NCBI GenBank assembly: GCA_016286665.1
Contig: JAEETX010000004.1
Location: 2,718 to 66,717 of the forward strand
Direction: 5' to 3'
DNA length: 64,000 nucleotides
Source of the DNA: Oscillospiraceae bacterium
Lineage (GTDB): Bacteria; Bacillota; Clostridia; Oscillospirales; Oscillospiraceae
Each line of letters starts with the position of its first letter. The first letter of the stretch is position 1. The notes under the pieces are model-generated. The model searched no databases and was not told the DNA's origin. It worked only from the letters and a program-made list of their open reading frames with translations. Shown here one piece after another: positions 60,336 to 64,000 of the stretch. A program made the position numbers and the translations under genes.

Positions 60336-61805
60336 ATGAGCTATCCCAGTTTATTGTTTACCGAAAAAGCGGCCGGACGGCGGATCGCCGCGCATGTCTT
60401 CGAGGATGTGAAGCTGACCGCCTTTTTCTCGGAGGAATCCATCGGCGCGATGCGGGCTCTTTGCCGTCCGGAGGACATTCCCGTCCGGCAGGACCTGCTG
60501 CGCTATCTGGACGGGAATCCTTCCGTGCGGCAGTCCCTGCAGGAGCTGTCCGATATCACGGTGGAGCTGATGCGCCTTCACGCCGCTTTGCAGGATGTGA
60601 AGTGCGAGAATGAGCGGCACTATGTCTTCGTCGGGCTGATGGCGGCGGCAGCGGATTTCGCGCTGGTAGCCGCCTCCCTTCCCGACGCCGGCGGTCCCCT
60701 GCTGCAGCGCTTCGGGAACCGCTTCCGCGCAGACTGCGGGGACGCTGCGCGCAGCGCGCAGATCGAAAAAGCGCGGGAGCTTCGCAAGATGGCGGACGAG
60801 GCCCGGCGGGAGACCTTCCGCATGTCCGGGGATAACCTCTGGATGCGTCCGGATTTCCGGGAGAGCTATGTGGAGCGGCTGAAACGCTGCGCGGACGAGC
60901 TGGGACTCCCGCCCTATCGGGGCAGCCGGGATGTTTCCCTGCGCCTTGACGCCAGGATGGTGAACGCGCTGGCCCGGCTGCACCCGGAAGCATTCCTGGC
61001 ATTTCGGGAATTCTACACCAGCTGCGCCGGGAGCTTTGACGAATCCATCCTCAGCTACCGTTTCGAGCTGGACTTTTATCTGGAAGCGCTGAAGCTGATG
61101 GACCGCATCCGCGCTGCCGGCCTCCCTCTGTGCTGGCCGGTGATTTCCCATGAAAAGGTGATCGAACTCCGCGAGCTCTATGATATCTCCCTGCTGCTCA
61201 AGGAGGGCGTCACCATCATTCCCAACGACGCCCATTTCAGCGCCAGCGAACCCTTCTTCTTCCTGACCGGCGCAAACGGCGGCGGCAAAACGACCTATCT
61301 CCGCGCGCTGGCCAACGCCGTGGTGCTTTGCCTCTCCGGCTGCCCCGTCTGCGCCAGGGAAGCGGTCATCTCCCCGCTGGACAATGTGTTCACCCACTTT
61401 CCCCAGGACGAACGCTTTGAGGCAGACGGCCGCTATGCCGACGAACAGAGGCGTGTCGGCGAGATCCTCGATGCCCACAACGGCAACAGCCTGATCCTCC
61501 TGAACGAGACCTACTCCACCACCAACGAGGAGCTGGCCGTCAGCAGCACCCTGGAGCTGACGGAAAAGCTGAAAGGAAGCGGCAGCTTTACCCTCTATAT
61601 CACCCACCAGCACGGGCTGGAATCGGCGAACGTACCCTTCCTCAGCGTCATCGTGGATCAGGACGACCAGAACCGGAGGACCTACCGCATCGCCCGGCGG
61701 CTGGAGGCGGAGGGGTCCTACGCCGCCGATATCCTCCGGCGCTATGGCCTGGATGAGGAATCCCTGCTTCGGCGCTTCGGCGGGAACGGAGGTGCGCAAG
61801 CATGA
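60336..61805 (+). CDS. MutS-related ATPase A (core/clamp-like helical region plus domain V; no mismatch-binding, Smr or other nuclease domain)
   Basis: 489 aa with Walker A LTGANGGGKTTYLRAL, Walker B-like SLILLNETYSTTN and THQHGL. Confidence 0.8.
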   Translation: MSYPSLLFTEKAAGRRIAAHVFEDVKLTAFFSEESIGAMRALCRPEDIPVRQDLLRYLDGNPSVRQSLQELSDITVELMRLHAALQDVKCENERHYVFVGLMAAAADFALVAASLPDAGGPLLQRFGNRFRADCGDAARSAQIEKARELRKMADEARRETFRMSGDNLWMRPDFRESYVERLKRCADELGLPPYRGSRDVSLRLDARMVNALARLHPEAFLAFREFYTSCAGSFDESILSYRFELDFYLEALKLMDRIRAAGLPLCWPVISHEKVIELRELYDISLLLKEGVTIIPNDAHFSASEPFFFLTGANGGGKTTYLRALANAVVLCLSGCPVCAREAVISPLDNVFTHFPQDERFEADGRYADEQRRVGEILDAHNGNSLILLNETYSTTNEELAVSSTLELTEKLKGSGSFTLYITHQHGLESANVPFLSVIVDQDDQNRRTYRIARRLEAEGSYAADILRRYGLDEESLLRRFGGNGGAQA

Positions 61806-63304
61806 AATTCAGTCTGCTCTACAAGAACTATGAGGAAATGCGGCAGTTCACCGCCGATCCCATGCGGGAGGCCATGGAGGAGACGCTGTATGACCTCAGC
61901 GTAGATAAAGCCGTCATGGAGCTCTGCGCCTCCGGGGAAACCGGAAGCTATACCTTGGAAGTACTGAAAAAGCCCCTGAAGAACGCCGCGGAAATCGAAT
62001 ACCGGCAGGCGATCCTGATGGATTTCGTCAGCAGTCCACGCCTGCTGGAGGAATTGCAGGATATCTTCAAGAACTATGACACCCTGCAGAGCGACTGGCG
62101 GGAGATGCAGGCCGGCATCTATACTTACGGGGTGCCCCAGACCTCCGGCGGCGTGCTGGACGCCACCTACGAAGCGCTGAAGCTCACCGCATCCTTTGCC
62201 AGAAAGACCGTCAGCTATTTCCGTACGGTCTATGAGACCGTCGGCCGCTACGAGGTCCGCAGCGAGGGGCTGACGGGCATCCGGGAATACTGCCGTGAGA
62301 TGACGGAAAACCGCTCGCTGGACGAGATCGCCGAGATTTCTTCTCTGTTCCAGCGGGAAACGGTGGACGCCTATCGGTTCAAGGTCCGCTCGGAAACGGA
62401 CGACACCCTGCGCATCACCTCCGCCAGCCTGACGGAGGTGCTGGAGACGGAGGACACCAGCCTCAGCGAACGGATGAAGCGCCTGGCGGCCCGCCTCACC
62501 CGCACGGCCCCTCCCCCCGACGAAACGCCGGAGGTGGACATGGGCGAATTCCACCTGGAGACTGCCCGCAGCATCCTCAATGAGGGCCTTTATGAGCTCT
62601 ACACCGTCCTGGGCAGCATTGCCGGAAGCATCTATGAATTCTTCCGGGGCATCAGCGGCGAGCTGGGCTTTTATGACACCGGCCTGCGCTTTGTCCGCCG
62701 CCTGCTGAAGGAGGGCGCGCCCATGTGCATGCCGAAGATGCTGCCCATGGAGGCGGACGCTTTCCGCACGAAGAATCTCTATGACCTGCATCTGCTGCTG
62801 GAGGGTATGCCCATCACGAAGATCGTCCGCAACGATGTGGTGATCGAAAACTGCGACGGGACGCTCATCCGCGGCGCCAACTCCACCGGAAAGACCTGCA
62901 CCATCCGGTCCATCGGCGCGGCCATCCTCTTTGCGCAGGCAGGGCTGCCGGTCTGCGCGGAGAACGCGGAGATCAGCCTGCGGGACATGCTTTTCTGCCA
63001 GTTCTCCTCCGCGGAAAAGGATTTCGACGCTTCCGACGCTGCCGGCCGCTTTGAGGGCGAGGTCAAGGAAGTCGCCGCCATTCTGGAAAAGATCACCCCC
63101 TGGTCCCTGGTGCTGTTCAACGAAACCTTCCAGACCACCTCCTATGCGGAGGGTGCCAAGGGCATGCAGCACATCCTGGAAGCCCTGACGCGTTCGGGAT
63201 GCCGCTATGTTTTCGTGACCCACATGCCCATCTTTGACCGGATGACCTCTCCCCGCGTCCTGAAGCTGGATTTCGGCAGGGACTATCGCATTACGAGGCT
63301 TTGA
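61802..63304 (+). CDS. MutS-related ATPase B, paralog of A and translationally coupled to it
   Basis: 500 aa with Walker A IRGANSTGKTCTIRSIG, Walker B-like SLVLFNETFQTTS and THMP. The ATGA overlaps the stop of gene A. Confidence 0.8.
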   Translation: MKFSLLYKNYEEMRQFTADPMREAMEETLYDLSVDKAVMELCASGETGSYTLEVLKKPLKNAAEIEYRQAILMDFVSSPRLLEELQDIFKNYDTLQSDWREMQAGIYTYGVPQTSGGVLDATYEALKLTASFARKTVSYFRTVYETVGRYEVRSEGLTGIREYCREMTENRSLDEIAEISSLFQRETVDAYRFKVRSETDDTLRITSASLTEVLETEDTSLSERMKRLAARLTRTAPPPDETPEVDMGEFHLETARSILNEGLYELYTVLGSIAGSIYEFFRGISGELGFYDTGLRFVRRLLKEGAPMCMPKMLPMEADAFRTKNLYDLHLLLEGMPITKIVRNDVVIENCDGTLIRGANSTGKTCTIRSIGAAILFAQAGLPVCAENAEISLRDMLFCQFSSAEKDFDASDAAGRFEGEVKEVAAILEKITPWSLVLFNETFQTTSYAEGAKGMQHILEALTRSGCRYVFVTHMPIFDRMTSPRVLKLDFGRDYRITRL

Positions 63305-63305
63305 G

Positions 63306-64000
63306 ATGCTGAACCGGGAATACCGCACTTCACTCATCCGCAAATATGCCAGAAGTCCGGAGGATGACGCGCTGCTGGCGCGGCTGCTGGACAAGGCGGA
63401 TATCCATGACCGCAGCGGCCTGATGCAGCACAGCCGTTTCCTCAGCGAGCGTGACAGGCTCTGCTGCGAGCCGGTGCTGCGGGAGCTGGGCAAGGAAGCT
63501 GTGTTCTGGGGCGGTTATGCCGAGGCGGAGCGCACGGTGCTGATCCTGCCCGCCCTATGGCAGGATGCGGAGAGCGTCTGCCGGGGCGAAGCTTCCCCGG
63601 TCAGCGTGCTGCGGGCTTCCTTCCGGGCGGAGGAACGCCTGAGCCATCGGGATTTTCTCGGCGCGCTCATGGGCCTGGGCATCGAACGGGATCTGGTGGG
63701 CGATATCCTTCCGAAGGAAGGAAGCTGCGATATCGTGCTTCTCCGCGAGATCGCTCCCTATGTGCAGCAAAACCTTCTCTCCGCGGGCCGCGCTTCCCTT
63801 TCCCTTGCGGAAATACCGGAGGCGGAAGCCGGGGAAGCGGAATTCCGCCTGATCCTGGATACGGTGGCCAGCGTGCGGCTGGATGCGGTGGTGGGCTGCG
63901 GGTTCCATCTGTCCCGCGAAAAGGCGGCTGACGCCATTCGAAGCGGCAAGGTGTTCCTCAGCGGAATGGAATGCCTCAAGCCGGACAAGCCGGTAGAGGC
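63306..64000 (+). CDS. ylmH: YlmH-like S4-domain RNA-binding protein; 3' end lies outside the window
   Basis: Not in the supplied ORF track; translated by hand from ATG 63306, which lies 7 nt after GAGG and 1 nt after the upstream stop. HRDFLGALMGLGIERDLVGDI and VASVRLDAVVGCGFHLSREKAADAIRSGKVFL match the YlmH pattern. The frame stays open to the window end. Confidence 0.75.
   Translation, partial: MLNREYRTSLIRKYARSPEDDALLARLLDKADIHDRSGLMQHSRFLSERDRLCCEPVLRELGKEAVFWGGYAEAERTVLILPALWQDAESVCRGEASPVSVLRASFRAEERLSHRDFLGALMGLGIERDLVGDILPKEGSCDIVLLREIAPYVQQNLLSAGRASLSLAEIPEAEAGEAEFRLILDTVASVRLDAVVGCGFHLSREKAADAIRSGKVFLSGMECLKPDKPVE

Overview
Gene content points to a high-GC, spore-forming Firmicute of the Clostridia, possibly Oscillospiraceae-like. 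This rests on yqfC/yqfD, cwlD-like, ylbJ-like and spoIIM-like genes and Shine-Dalgarno-led starts; no database search was possible. The window is a densely coding chromosomal core. It has about 55 protein genes, two stand-alone tRNAs (Gln-CTG, Arg-CCT), many GC-rich hairpin terminators between convergent genes, and several near-consensus sigma-70-type promoters. Recognisable genes include clpB, tgt-yajC, xerD, metG, ridA-mutY, rsmA, dut, radA, pckA, a complete F1Fo ATP synthase operon, ptsH, mutS2 and recO-era-ybeY-phoH-yqfD-yqfC. I found no CRISPR array, rRNA, transposase, integrase or prophage. Most long ORFs in the supplied track are antisense shadows of real genes, typical of high GC. Five observations stand out. 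(1) In the ATP synthase operon, one 748-codon ORF fuses a b-like membrane anchor, a delta/OSCP-like domain and a full alpha subunit. There is no separate atpH, and epsilon is truncated. (2) Two translationally coupled MutS-domain-V ATPase paralogs lack mismatch-binding and nuclease domains and carry an N-E Walker B. A ylmH-like S4 RNA-binding gene follows 1 nt later; it is absent from the ORF track and was translated by hand. I propose this as a candidate ribosome-associated system rather than DNA repair. (3) A DUF4157 (HExxH) toxin-like protein sits next to tRNA-Arg and is driven by a perfect TTGACA-18-TATAAT promoter. (4) A 165-bp MITE-like palindromic element has 21-bp perfect terminal inverted repeats. 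(5) A terminator-like hairpin lies inside the leader of an NCS2 nucleobase permease and matches no riboswitch I recognise. All functional calls come from motif recognition by eye and need confirmation by homology search.
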